A stretch of DNA of 64,000 bases. Origin: Gammaproteobacteria bacterium (GTDB taxonomy: Bacteria > Pseudomonadota > Gammaproteobacteria > JBCCGL01). Of the stretch, positions 22,984 through 31,662 are shown in pieces; position 1 is the stretch's first letter, and each line of letters opens with the position of its first letter. The stretch covers positions 3,552,001 through 3,616,000 of the forward strand of contig OZ255836.1 of assembly GCA_965277715.1 (NCBI GenBank), in the 5' to 3' direction. The notes beneath the pieces are model-generated. The model did not search any database and was not told the DNA's origin. It saw nothing but the letters and a program-made list of their open reading frames with translations. Made by a program: the position numbers and the translations under genes.

Positions 22984-24444
22984 ATGTTAATATCAATTTA
23001 CGCAATAGTTTTTTTAGCATTGGGCTTAATTTCCATATTTCTATTTCATAGTAGTATGTATGTGCCGATATTAATTTCTATTTTTGTATCCTTGATAATT
23101 TCGGTTTTTTTGTTTAGGCAATTTAAACTTAAAAAAACTGGCACTTTAATGTTATTGCTGTGGCTAGTTTATGTGTTGCCATTTATTCATATAGTGCCCT
23201 ACTTATGGTTCGATTTTTATAAAGATGATCCATGGCTTTTGTGGGGATTGAAAGTTAATCCGTATATGGTTGATGAAAATATTATCATGTTAACAGCTAT
23301 GATTGGGGCAGTAGGAGGACTTGGGTTTGCATTAGGTGTATCACTTACTAATAGTAAAATTGTAAATGATCAACGTTTTGAATTAGGAATGAAACCGACA
23401 AGAATTGAAACGTTATCAACTCCTATTTGGATTTTTTGGGTCATAGTCGGGGTTACTCTTTCCTGGTTGGCCGCACCGCAGGAAACGGTTTTTACATCTG
23501 CATATACTGAATCTGTGTCGATTCTTCAGGATGTTAATTTTAGTAGCGCGTGGATGTTTTCTTATGTGTTGTTAATTTTCTCTCTATGTGATGCTATAAT
23601 TGATAGCAATCCTGTTCGAAGAACTTTTAAAAGATATTTTATTTTTGGGGTAATAGTATTCGTTGTGGTTTTCCTACAACTTTTAAGAGGTGATCGAGAA
23701 TCTTTGCCTTTTGTTTTTAGTATTATATTGATTTATTTTTATTGGGCTGCCCCTATTACTCAAAAACACCGAGTAAGAATGCCTTGGGCAATATTAGTGT
23801 CCGGTGGGTTAGGTTTGCTGGTAGTTGCTTTAATGGTTGGAGTGCTGCGTTCTGCGCTTGTAAATATTTCTGATTTTAATGCTGTTTTGCTTTTACTTGC
23901 GGAGATGGGAGAGTCTGGTGTTATTCGTTTGGAAAACTTATTTTATGGAACATGGTCTGCAGTACTATTAACACCGCTTTCTGTTGCTGGTGATCATATC
24001 AATGGACTGCTTCCTTTGAAGTATGGGGAAACCTACCTGGATTTTATTTTGTCGATCCCACCAGGATTTATTGCCGATTGGATTGGGTACACACGACCTA
24101 TCAATGCTTTTGCTGGACCCGCTTGGGACATGCGTTACGGTCTTGGAGGAACTCATGCCAGTGTTGTACCATTCATGAACTTTCAAATAATAGGTGTATT
24201 TTTAATTCCTGCTTTGTGGGCTTATATTATCGCACGATATGAAAAAAAAGCATTGAGTAGAGTAAGTGTTATTAATCTTTCATTGCTAGGAGTATTAGCT
24301 ATGGCTTCCCCTCATTGGTTATGGTACGGTGAAAAAAGCGTTATTAATGCAATTATTATTTGGATGGTGTTGGTTTTTGCGTATCGGGTTAGCTTATCTC
24401 TACCGAGGGTTTTTTCAGTGCAGCGTTTTTCAATGCCTACCTGA
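22984..24444 (+). CDS. wzy: Probable polysaccharide polymerase (Wzy-like integral membrane protein)
   Basis: About 11-12 hydrophobic segments, LLRGDRE motif, large periplasmic loop; position in cluster. Confidence 0.6.
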   Translation: MLISIYAIVFLALGLISIFLFHSSMYVPILISIFVSLIISVFLFRQFKLKKTGTLMLLLWLVYVLPFIHIVPYLWFDFYKDDPWLLWGLKVNPYMVDENIIMLTAMIGAVGGLGFALGVSLTNSKIVNDQRFELGMKPTRIETLSTPIWIFWVIVGVTLSWLAAPQETVFTSAYTESVSILQDVNFSSAWMFSYVLLIFSLCDAIIDSNPVRRTFKRYFIFGVIVFVVVFLQLLRGDRESLPFVFSIILIYFYWAAPITQKHRVRMPWAILVSGGLGLLVVALMVGVLRSALVNISDFNAVLLLLAEMGESGVIRLENLFYGTWSAVLLTPLSVAGDHINGLLPLKYGETYLDFILSIPPGFIADWIGYTRPINAFAGPAWDMRYGLGGTHASVVPFMNFQIIGVFLIPALWAYIIARYEKKALSRVSVINLSLLGVLAMASPHWLWYGEKSVINAIIIWMVLVFAYRVSLSLPRVFSVQRFSMPT

Positions 24445-24632
24445 GTCGGTAGTTTGAGAGCAGTCATAACTGTTACTATGATTTTGTTTGTGAAAATATT
24501 ATTATTTGACTCTGCATGTAAACAATATATGGTGATGAATACCATTTTTTAAATTTTTATATCTCAATTTTGTTGAGTTATATTCGTAGTTGATTGTACG
24601 CTTTTTGAAAAACTTTGCCAAAGTGGTGTGTT

Positions 24633-25703
24633 GTGAGAATTTTAATAGTAGGTGATTGGCATTCAGAGCTACATGAAGAAGTCGTATTTAGTGCTTTGGA
24701 CACGTTAGGACATGAACTATTAAAATTTGCTTGGCATAGTTATTTTGAATCAACTAACAAAATTAGTAACTTTAATAAAAAACTTCAAAATAAATTTATA
24801 ACTGGACCAATTATTCGCAAAATAAATCAAGATTTATTAGGGATAGTTTTAAGTTTTTCTCCAGATATGGTGTTTGTATATCGTGGAACACATATCATTT
24901 CATGCACTTTAAAAAAAATTAAACAAAAGTCACCAAAAACTATCCTAATAGGATATAACAACGATGATCCATTTGCCAAGGGACATCCGTATTCGTTGTG
25001 GAAGCATTTTTTTTCCGCAGTTCCTATGTATGATTTAATGCTCGCATATCGTCAAAAGAACATTGATGAACTCTATGGCGTTGGTGCGAAACGTGTAGAG
25101 TTATTGCGTTCTTGGTATTACTCGGAACGAAATTTTCCGGTTACTCTCTCTTTTGAGGATGAAAATAAGTATGGATGTGATGTTGTATTTGTTGGCCACT
25201 ATGAAGCAGATGGTCGAAAGCACTATTTAGAAATCTTGAGGAAAAATGGTATTAAACTGAATTTATTTGGGCCTGGATATGACTGGGATCCAGTAATTGA
25301 AAAGTCACCTGAGCTGAAACCTCTGATGCCTATAAATTTGGTTTGGGGCGAGGAATATAATAAGGCACTTTGTGGTGCAAAAATAGCATTATGCTTTCTT
25401 TCTAAACTAAATTCCGATACTTATACTCGTCGTTGTTTTGAAATTCCTGCTACTCGTACAATGATGTTTTCTGAATATACTGATGATCTTGCAAGTTTAT
25501 TTGAAGAGGGAAAAGAAGTTGAGTTTTTTCGCAATAAAAAAGAATTTTTAGAAAAAATTAAATTTTATCTGGCGAATGACACGCAGCGTGAAGCTGTAGC
25601 AAAAGCTGGTTATAATAAAGTGTGTGAGGAAGGGCATGATGTTATTTCTCGCATGTCTCAGGTATTGATTTGGGTTGATGAGATAAAAGAGAAGCAGATA
25701 TGA
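24633..25703 (+). CDS. Glycosyltransferase (CgeB/YkvP-like GT-B)
   Basis: DVVFVGHYE, YNKALCGAKIALCFL, TRRCFEIPA, FEEGKEVEFF. Confidence 0.8.
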   Translation: MRILIVGDWHSELHEEVVFSALDTLGHELLKFAWHSYFESTNKISNFNKKLQNKFITGPIIRKINQDLLGIVLSFSPDMVFVYRGTHIISCTLKKIKQKSPKTILIGYNNDDPFAKGHPYSLWKHFFSAVPMYDLMLAYRQKNIDELYGVGAKRVELLRSWYYSERNFPVTLSFEDENKYGCDVVFVGHYEADGRKHYLEILRKNGIKLNLFGPGYDWDPVIEKSPELKPLMPINLVWGEEYNKALCGAKIALCFLSKLNSDTYTRRCFEIPATRTMMFSEYTDDLASLFEEGKEVEFFRNKKEFLEKIKFYLANDTQREAVAKAGYNKVCEEGHDVISRMSQVLIWVDEIKEKQI

Positions 25704-26398
25704 AATTGTTACGCAAAACTATCGATGTAGTATCTTTATTATTGGGTAAAATTAAGTATAAGCAAAGTATTTCAATACCTAATGATTCTATCGTTAAGGT
25801 AAATTTGGGCTGTGGTTTGGCAGTAGCTCCAGGCTGGATTAATATTGACGGCAGTCTTAATGCATTAGTAGCTACACTGCCAGCTTGGATTCATAAAATT
25901 GCTTACCGTCTAACGGGAGCAAAAAACTACTACAGTGAGAAAGAGTATCTTTGTTTGCTTCGAAATAATCGATTTGTTCATCACGATTTATCTTATGGTT
26001 TGCCTATCTCGGATAGTTCTGTAGATATTTTATATTCATCTCATTTTATTGAACATCTTTTTCGAAATGATGCGATAAATCTTTTAAAAGAAAGTTTTCG
26101 CGTCCTTAAACCAAAAGGCATACTTAGAGTATCAGTACCTGATCTTGAGTATGCAATATCATTATATTCAAATGGTGAAAAAGAAAAAATGTTATCTGCT
26201 TATTTTTTTGTAGATGATGATGATAGTTATTACGCTCGTCACAAGTACATGTATGATTATAGCATGATTTCGGGTATTTTAAAAAATGTTGGATTTAAAG
26301 ATGTTTATCGCTGTGATTATCAACAAGGACAAGCACTTGATTTAAATTTTCTTGATAATAGGCCTGATGAATCTCTATTTGTTGAAGCTGTACGTTAG
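25700..26398 (+). CDS. Class I SAM-dependent methyltransferase
   Basis: VNLGCG...GWINID, YSSHFIEHL, RVLKPKGILRVSVPD. Confidence 0.82.
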   Translation: MKLLRKTIDVVSLLLGKIKYKQSISIPNDSIVKVNLGCGLAVAPGWINIDGSLNALVATLPAWIHKIAYRLTGAKNYYSEKEYLCLLRNNRFVHHDLSYGLPISDSSVDILYSSHFIEHLFRNDAINLLKESFRVLKPKGILRVSVPDLEYAISLYSNGEKEKMLSAYFFVDDDDSYYARHKYMYDYSMISGILKNVGFKDVYRCDYQQGQALDLNFLDNRPDESLFVEAVR

Positions 26399-27767
26399 TG
26401 TGCCCTAATATTTTTGTTCTTCCGTGTGCCGTAGAGCAAAGAGTGTAGTAAGGCAAGAAGCTTTGCGACACTCAGAGCGTAAGCTCATAAGAAGATGGTG
26501 GTAGGCCCACCAGAGTCTGTTGTCGGTAACCGGCTTCAAACCACCCCAAGCTGCGTGCGTTAAGAGCGTAGGTGGTGAGCGTTGGGGAAAAGTCAATGCA
26601 AGAACATTGGCAGGTAAGATAGATGAGAGACGAGTAAACCCGAATACGTGTTGACGTGTCGAAACCAAATTGATAAGACATCAGAACCAGGGACGGGAGT
26701 TACAACTGGGATAAGTCTGTGCGTGAATGCTGAATGCGGCGGAGGTGGTGTCTGGCATACAGTGTACGTGACTGTGTATCAGGCTTTTTATGGGAACTGT
26801 GGGAACCAGTCGTTGTGATGCAAAGAGAGAAATACAAATCGCAAAAACGGTAAATATGAGAGTATCGAAGCACAGCACTGGGGCGGAGCTGTTCGTAGTA
26901 GTGATGAAGTGTTTGTAATGAACGTGGAGCGAAGGGGCAGCGTCAGATGGTTCTTTAAAGTGTTTACAACTGTCTTAGGCAGGAGGATATTCACGGAACA
27001 GAACAAAGACGTTAGGGCCTGTTGACGTTTCACATGGGTAACCAAAGAAAGGAGCATGCTAAGGCGAGCATGCTCCGATAATTCCGCTTCAACTTATCAT
27101 ATCGGGTGGCAATCGCTCGAAAATGCTTCAATCGAGCAAACACATTTTCAACCAGGTGTCGGTATTTGTATAAACACCAGTCGATATCCTCATTGCCTAT
27201 TTTTGAGTTGCTTCGCCGTGGAATAACCGGAACTGATTTTTTCTGTCTGATCTGATGGCGTAACGCCTCGCTGTCATACCCTTTGTCAGCCACCACATAC
27301 TCACTTTTTGGCAAGGCATCAATCACTTCAGGAGCCGCTGTGGAGTCATTAACCTGCCCAGCAGTGATGTCAAATAATACGGGCAACCCAAACCCATCTA
27401 CAATCATGTGTATTTTCGTTGTTTTCCCGCCTCGACTGTTGCCAATGGCTTGATTTTCATGCCCTCTAGCCCCTGCACTATGTTGGTGTGCCTTCACAAT
27501 ACTTCCATCAATAAATGCCCATTCTTGATCGGGTTCTTCGACAAGCGCATGGAAAATGTTGATTAACTTGCCTTTCGGTGACCAGTCATTGAAGCGTTTA
27601 TAAACGCTATTCCAGTCACCAAATGATGCCGGTAAATCTCGCTACGGACACCCCACACGCAATCGATAAAGAATTCCTTCGTAAGCGCCAAAGAATAGAC
27701 GTCTAGCAATTACTCGGGTTGGTCCTCACACTGCACCACAGCAACCCAATACCCGCATAGGTGTAGT

Positions 27768-28085
27768 ATGAGCAATAAAGAACGTGCGTCGTACTGGCGC
27801 AATCAAATTGAACAATGGCAAGCATCCGGTTTGAGTGGTGCGCAGTTTTGCCAGGATAACGGCATCAACTTGAAGCAGTTTTACTATTGGCACCGAAAAT
27901 GTTCCCGTAAAACTATTCAAGCAGTGCAGAGTAACATGCCTGTAGCAGGCTTTACCCAAGTGATGGTGGCTGATAGGCAAAGGGCTGATCCGGGTTTGTG
28001 TTTTACGCTGGCCAATGGCTGTGCCATTTCTGGCATTACCGCCGCTAACGTGACGTTAGTTGGCGCGTTACTGGCGCAGTTATGA
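27768..28085 (+). CDS. tnpA: IS66 accessory protein TnpA
   Basis: W..QIEQWQASGLS.AQFC....I..KQFYYW HTH pattern. Confidence 0.85.
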   Translation: MSNKERASYWRNQIEQWQASGLSGAQFCQDNGINLKQFYYWHRKCSRKTIQAVQSNMPVAGFTQVMVADRQRADPGLCFTLANGCAISGITAANVTLVGALLAQL

Positions 28086-28450
28086 TGGCCCGTTATTTAC
28101 GGCCATCGCTCGATATTCCAAAGGTGTTTTTATACCGAGAGGCGGTGGACTTTCGTAAGCAAAGCAATGGCCTTGCGGCCATTGTTGAGCGAGAGCTGGG
28201 TCACAACCTGTTTGATGGTGGCTTATACGTGTTTACCAATCGCCGCCGCAACAAAATCAAGTGTCTGATGTGGGAGGACAACGGTTTTGTACTGTATTAC
28301 AAAGCCTTGGCCGAAGAGCAATTTAAGTGGCCTGACCTCGATGAGGAAGTCATATCACTGACCGGCACACAAATAAATTGGTTGCTTGATGGCTATGATT
28401 TAGCCGCAATGAAAGGCCACAAAGTATTGCATTACGAATCTGTTTTTTAG
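28082..28450 (+). CDS. tnpB: IS66 accessory protein TnpB
   Basis: VDFRKQSNGL, VFTNRRRNKIKCL.WEDNGF.LYYK.L. Confidence 0.9.
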   Translation: MMARYLRPSLDIPKVFLYREAVDFRKQSNGLAAIVERELGHNLFDGGLYVFTNRRRNKIKCLMWEDNGFVLYYKALAEEQFKWPDLDEEVISLTGTQINWLLDGYDLAAMKGHKVLHYESVF

Positions 28451-28501
28451 CCTGCTAAAGGGTGAAAAAGTGTTTAATTTTAATGATCTTTAGACAGCTA
28501 T

Positions 28502-30136
28502 TTGGTATTATTACGCGATGGTTTTGGCATCGGAAATTCAACAAAAACAACGCAATTACACCGGCTTAACGGCGGCTTAACGGCGGCTGAATTAGTGGCC
28601 GTGCTGGCAGAAAAAGAAGCCGAATTAGCGCACCATAACCAAATTATTCAACGTCACAAAAACACCATTAAAAACCGCGATCACTACATTCGTTTGCTGG
28701 AAGAACGGTTGCGTCTTTCCAAGGTTCAGAGGTTCGGCGCTAACAGCGAAAAGCTTGCCTTCCAGATTGACTTGTTTGATGAAGCGGAACTCGAACAAGC
28801 CATTGTCGACATTGATAACCAACTACCGGATGAGTTGCTACCTCAGCCTACGACCACGAACAAGAAAAAACGTCAACGCGGCTTCTCCAACCGTTTACCC
28901 CGTGTGCGCGTTGAGCTAGCCTTAAGCGATGAGGAAAAAGCAGGCGCTACACGTACTTTCTTTGTGAAAGTCAAAGAAGAACTCCAATACATTCCCGCAC
29001 AACTCAACGTTTTAGAGTACTGGCAAGAAAAGGCCGTCTTCAGCTACGCAGGTGATGACCACATCATCGCCGCGCAACGCCCCATACACCCTTTGGGTAA
29101 GTGCTTTGCCAGCACGGCTCTGCTCGCCAACATCATGGTGTCCAAATACGCCGATGGGTTGCCCTTGTATCGCCAGGAAAGCATTTTAAAGCGTTATGGA
29201 CATGCCGTGAGCCGCACCAACATGGCCAACTGGATGATTCGCCTGGAAGATGTCTTAAAACCCCTGATGACCTTGCTGCGGGAAAGTCAAAATGCCGGTG
29301 ATTATGTGCAAATGGACGAAACGCGTATCCAGGTACTCAAAGAAAATGGCAAAACCGCCCAATCCGATAAATGGATGTGGCTAACGCGCGGTGGCCCTCC
29401 AGCCCAGCCCAGTGTGTTGTTTGAATACGACCCCTCTCGTTCGGGCGAAGTGCCGCAACGCTTACTGGAAGGTTTTCAAGGCACTCTGCAAGTCGATGGC
29501 TATTCAGGGTATAACGGGGTGTGCGAACAACAAAATCTGACACGTATTGGTTGCTGGGATCATGTGCGCCGAAAATTCATTGATACCATTAAAGCCGCCG
29601 ATAAAGCAAACACGAAAAAACCCCGTGCCTCGAAAGCCGATGTCGCCATCGGTAAAATCCGCAAGCTCTATCTCATTGAGAAAAAGATACACGCGCTTGA
29701 ACCCGCAGAAAAACAAAGGTTTCGCCAAACACTTAGCCAACCGATATTAGAAGACTTCAAACAATGGCTGGATAAGCATATTACCCAGGTGGCTAAAAAG
29801 TCCCTTACGCGTAACGCCATGGACTATGCACTGAATCAATGGCATACCCTCACAGGCTACTGTGATGATGGACGGTTACACATCAGCAACGTGCTGGCTG
29901 AAAATGCCATTAGGCCTTTTGCCGTGGGTAGAAAAGCCTGGTTGTTTGCCGATTCAACCCGTGGCGCCCATGCCAGTGCCACATGTTACTCATTGATCGA
30001 AACGGCCAAAGCTAATGGGCTTGAACCCTATGCGTACATACTGCACGCCCTTAATCATATCGGCAGTACGGATACTCTTGAAAAGATAGAGGTCTTGCTG
30101 CCTTGGCATGTCGTTTTGGACATTACCTTGGAATAG
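28502..30136 (+). CDS. tnpC: IS66 DDE transposase TnpC (natural ATG 28518 thrown out of frame by an 11-bp duplication)
   Basis: RFGANSEK, SKYADGLPLYRQ, MDET, QVDGYSGY, CWDHVRRKF, SNVLAENAIR, SLIETAKANGL. Confidence 0.88.
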   Translation: MVLLRDGFGIGNSTKTTQLHRLNGGLTAAELVAVLAEKEAELAHHNQIIQRHKNTIKNRDHYIRLLEERLRLSKVQRFGANSEKLAFQIDLFDEAELEQAIVDIDNQLPDELLPQPTTTNKKKRQRGFSNRLPRVRVELALSDEEKAGATRTFFVKVKEELQYIPAQLNVLEYWQEKAVFSYAGDDHIIAAQRPIHPLGKCFASTALLANIMVSKYADGLPLYRQESILKRYGHAVSRTNMANWMIRLEDVLKPLMTLLRESQNAGDYVQMDETRIQVLKENGKTAQSDKWMWLTRGGPPAQPSVLFEYDPSRSGEVPQRLLEGFQGTLQVDGYSGYNGVCEQQNLTRIGCWDHVRRKFIDTIKAADKANTKKPRASKADVAIGKIRKLYLIEKKIHALEPAEKQRFRQTLSQPILEDFKQWLDKHITQVAKKSLTRNAMDYALNQWHTLTGYCDDGRLHISNVLAENAIRPFAVGRKAWLFADSTRGAHASATCYSLIETAKANGLEPYAYILHALNHIGSTDTLEKIEVLLPWHVVLDITLE

Positions 30137-31662
30137 AGGCTGATTTAAGGGCGCTTACATTCCTTCAACGACTAACCTTAACTTCGGCTTGTCATAAATG
30201 CCTTCTTTAAGCAAGCTACTCCGTAGCTTCGACCAATACTCATCGTTGAGCAATAATCGGGGCATGGCAAACTCGTATTTGTTGTTTTTCTCACATCCAA
30301 TGATACGAGTTTGCCTTTTGTTTCAAAAGCTTAAAAGCTTATAGCCAAACGTCAACAGGTCCTAGGCTATTTGTAGCAAAAGTGGACTGTAGACTGGTTC
30401 AGGAAGATACGTTTGTGGTTACATGATTTGTTTACCCATAGACGGGCAGGAACAGGCGAGGGTTTGTCTGATGGGAGCGGTATGAATCGAGAGGTTCACG
30501 TACCGTTCTGCGAGGGGTTGCGGGGGAGGTTCCCGCTGCCTACTCACCTGGTTTGTGTGAGGCTATAGTATTTCATGCTCCTTTGCTATTTTGAGAGAAC
30601 CCGATGTTATCGAGCCTTAAAGAACACTACAGTCAGCTCCTTGATCTGACAGATGAGTGGTCAGTGACATTAGTTGATTTAGAGACCCTTCAGGGTTTAA
30701 AAGTATCTATTTCGTTGGCGTTTAGCGATGACCAGGGTCCTTGTTCGCACTGTGGCGAAGTGAGCCCATTCTATGGCCACTGTTCACAAGAGTGATCCTG
30801 GAGGCACTTAGATACCATGCAATTTGAAACATGTTTGCACAGCCGCATTCCTAGGGTAAACTGTCCGGAACATGGTGTTAAAAGTATAGCGTTACCGTGG
30901 GCAAGCAATAGCAGTCGTTTTACGTTGTTGTTTGAATTATTTTTCATCAGGGTGTTGCCAGCCTCACGTAGCGTCGAAGAGGCGCGTAAGTTACTGGGGC
31001 TTAACTGAAACGCGGTGGAAGGAATCAAAGCCCGAGCTGTCGGGCGGGGTCTTTCGCGCCGGGAGTTGGTCACAATAAAGAATTGTTATCACTGGTTAAA
31101 AAACGAAAAAAATTTACCTGACAAAGCAGCTGTACACTTTGGAATTACTGAAGCATGATCAGTTATTGACAGCACGGACCTGGACGATAAAAGAACTGTT
31201 TCGTGATTTTTTGGGGGGATAAGGTGGCGGGTTAGGCAAAGCATTTCTTTGACAAGTGGTCTTTGTGGATAAGTCGGCGCCGACTGGACAGTATAAAGAA
31301 AATGGCAAAGATAATAAAAGCTCATTTGACGAAATATTGACATGGTTGAAGCGCACAATAAGTAATGCCGTATCAAAGAGCTTAAATTCAAAAAATCAGA
31401 CGCTTAAATCAAGCGCAAGAGGATTTTATGCGTTTGAAAGTTACCGGCAGAGTATTTTGTTTTACTGCGGAAAGCTGGATATGGAGTCAGTAACTTCACA
31501 ATAATCGGGAAAGCACCATTTAATTCAATGTGTATGCTGTAATTAAGATAATTTGATATGGAGTGAAAAAGAAGTGGTGTGCAATAGTTTTAATGCGAAG
31601 TTTTCAAATTTTCTAGGCATATCCAATATGTCAGTTAGCAACAATAGGTAATAATTTTCTCG

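Larger units (their letters stand above)
27681..30158 (+). mobile_element. IS66-family element
   Basis: IRs GTAAGCGCC / GGCGCTTAC; perfect 8-bp target duplication ATTCCTTC (27673-27680, 30159-30166); tnpA-tnpB-tnpC. Confidence 0.96.
27015..30362 (-). mobile_element. IS5-family copy B (both ends present), interrupted by IS66; transposase has a premature TAG
   Basis: IRs GGGCCTGTTGACGTTT / GGACCTGTTGACGTTT flanked by TA; ATG at 30265; GCP* where copy A has GCPW; C-part SRGGKTTKIH, ADKGYDS, RHLVEN.F.RLK.FRAIATRYDK. Confidence 0.9.
26424..30547 (+). mobile_element. Group II intron, RmInt1-like (bacterial class D / IIB), RT ORF almost wholly missing, IS5+IS66 inserted in domain IV
   Basis: 5' GTGTGCC; DI-DIII motifs GGAACTGTGGGAACCAG, GGGGCGGA..CGTAGTAGTGATGAAG..GTAATG..GGAGCGAAGGGG; DV GAGCGGTATGAATCGAGAGGTTCACGTACCGTTC at 30475-30508; DVI with bulged A 30542 ending CTCAC (3' end +/-1). 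Class assignment from recalled similarity to RmInt1. Confidence 0.9.
26415..31517 (+). mobile_element. ISL3-family element copy 4, left IR split by a group II intron (body 30548-31517), degenerate
   Basis: TGTTCTTCC (26415-26423) + CTGGTTTGTGTGAGG (from 30548) rejoin into the ISL3 left end (14/16 to copy 2); right end ATAATCGGGAAAGCACC; stops and large deletion in transposase. Confidence 0.85.

Noticed and set aside
24445-24456. Second ops-like GTCGGTAGTTTG after wzy
   Set aside because: Lacks the G2 pause position and has no promoter or hairpin context; could be chance.
26398-26404. An earlier GTGTGCC as the intron 5' end
   Set aside because: Only the 26424 start rebuilds the ISL3 IR and gives EBS/IBS pairing.
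26405-27057. Four short minus-strand ORFs
   Set aside because: They are antisense to intron domains I-III.
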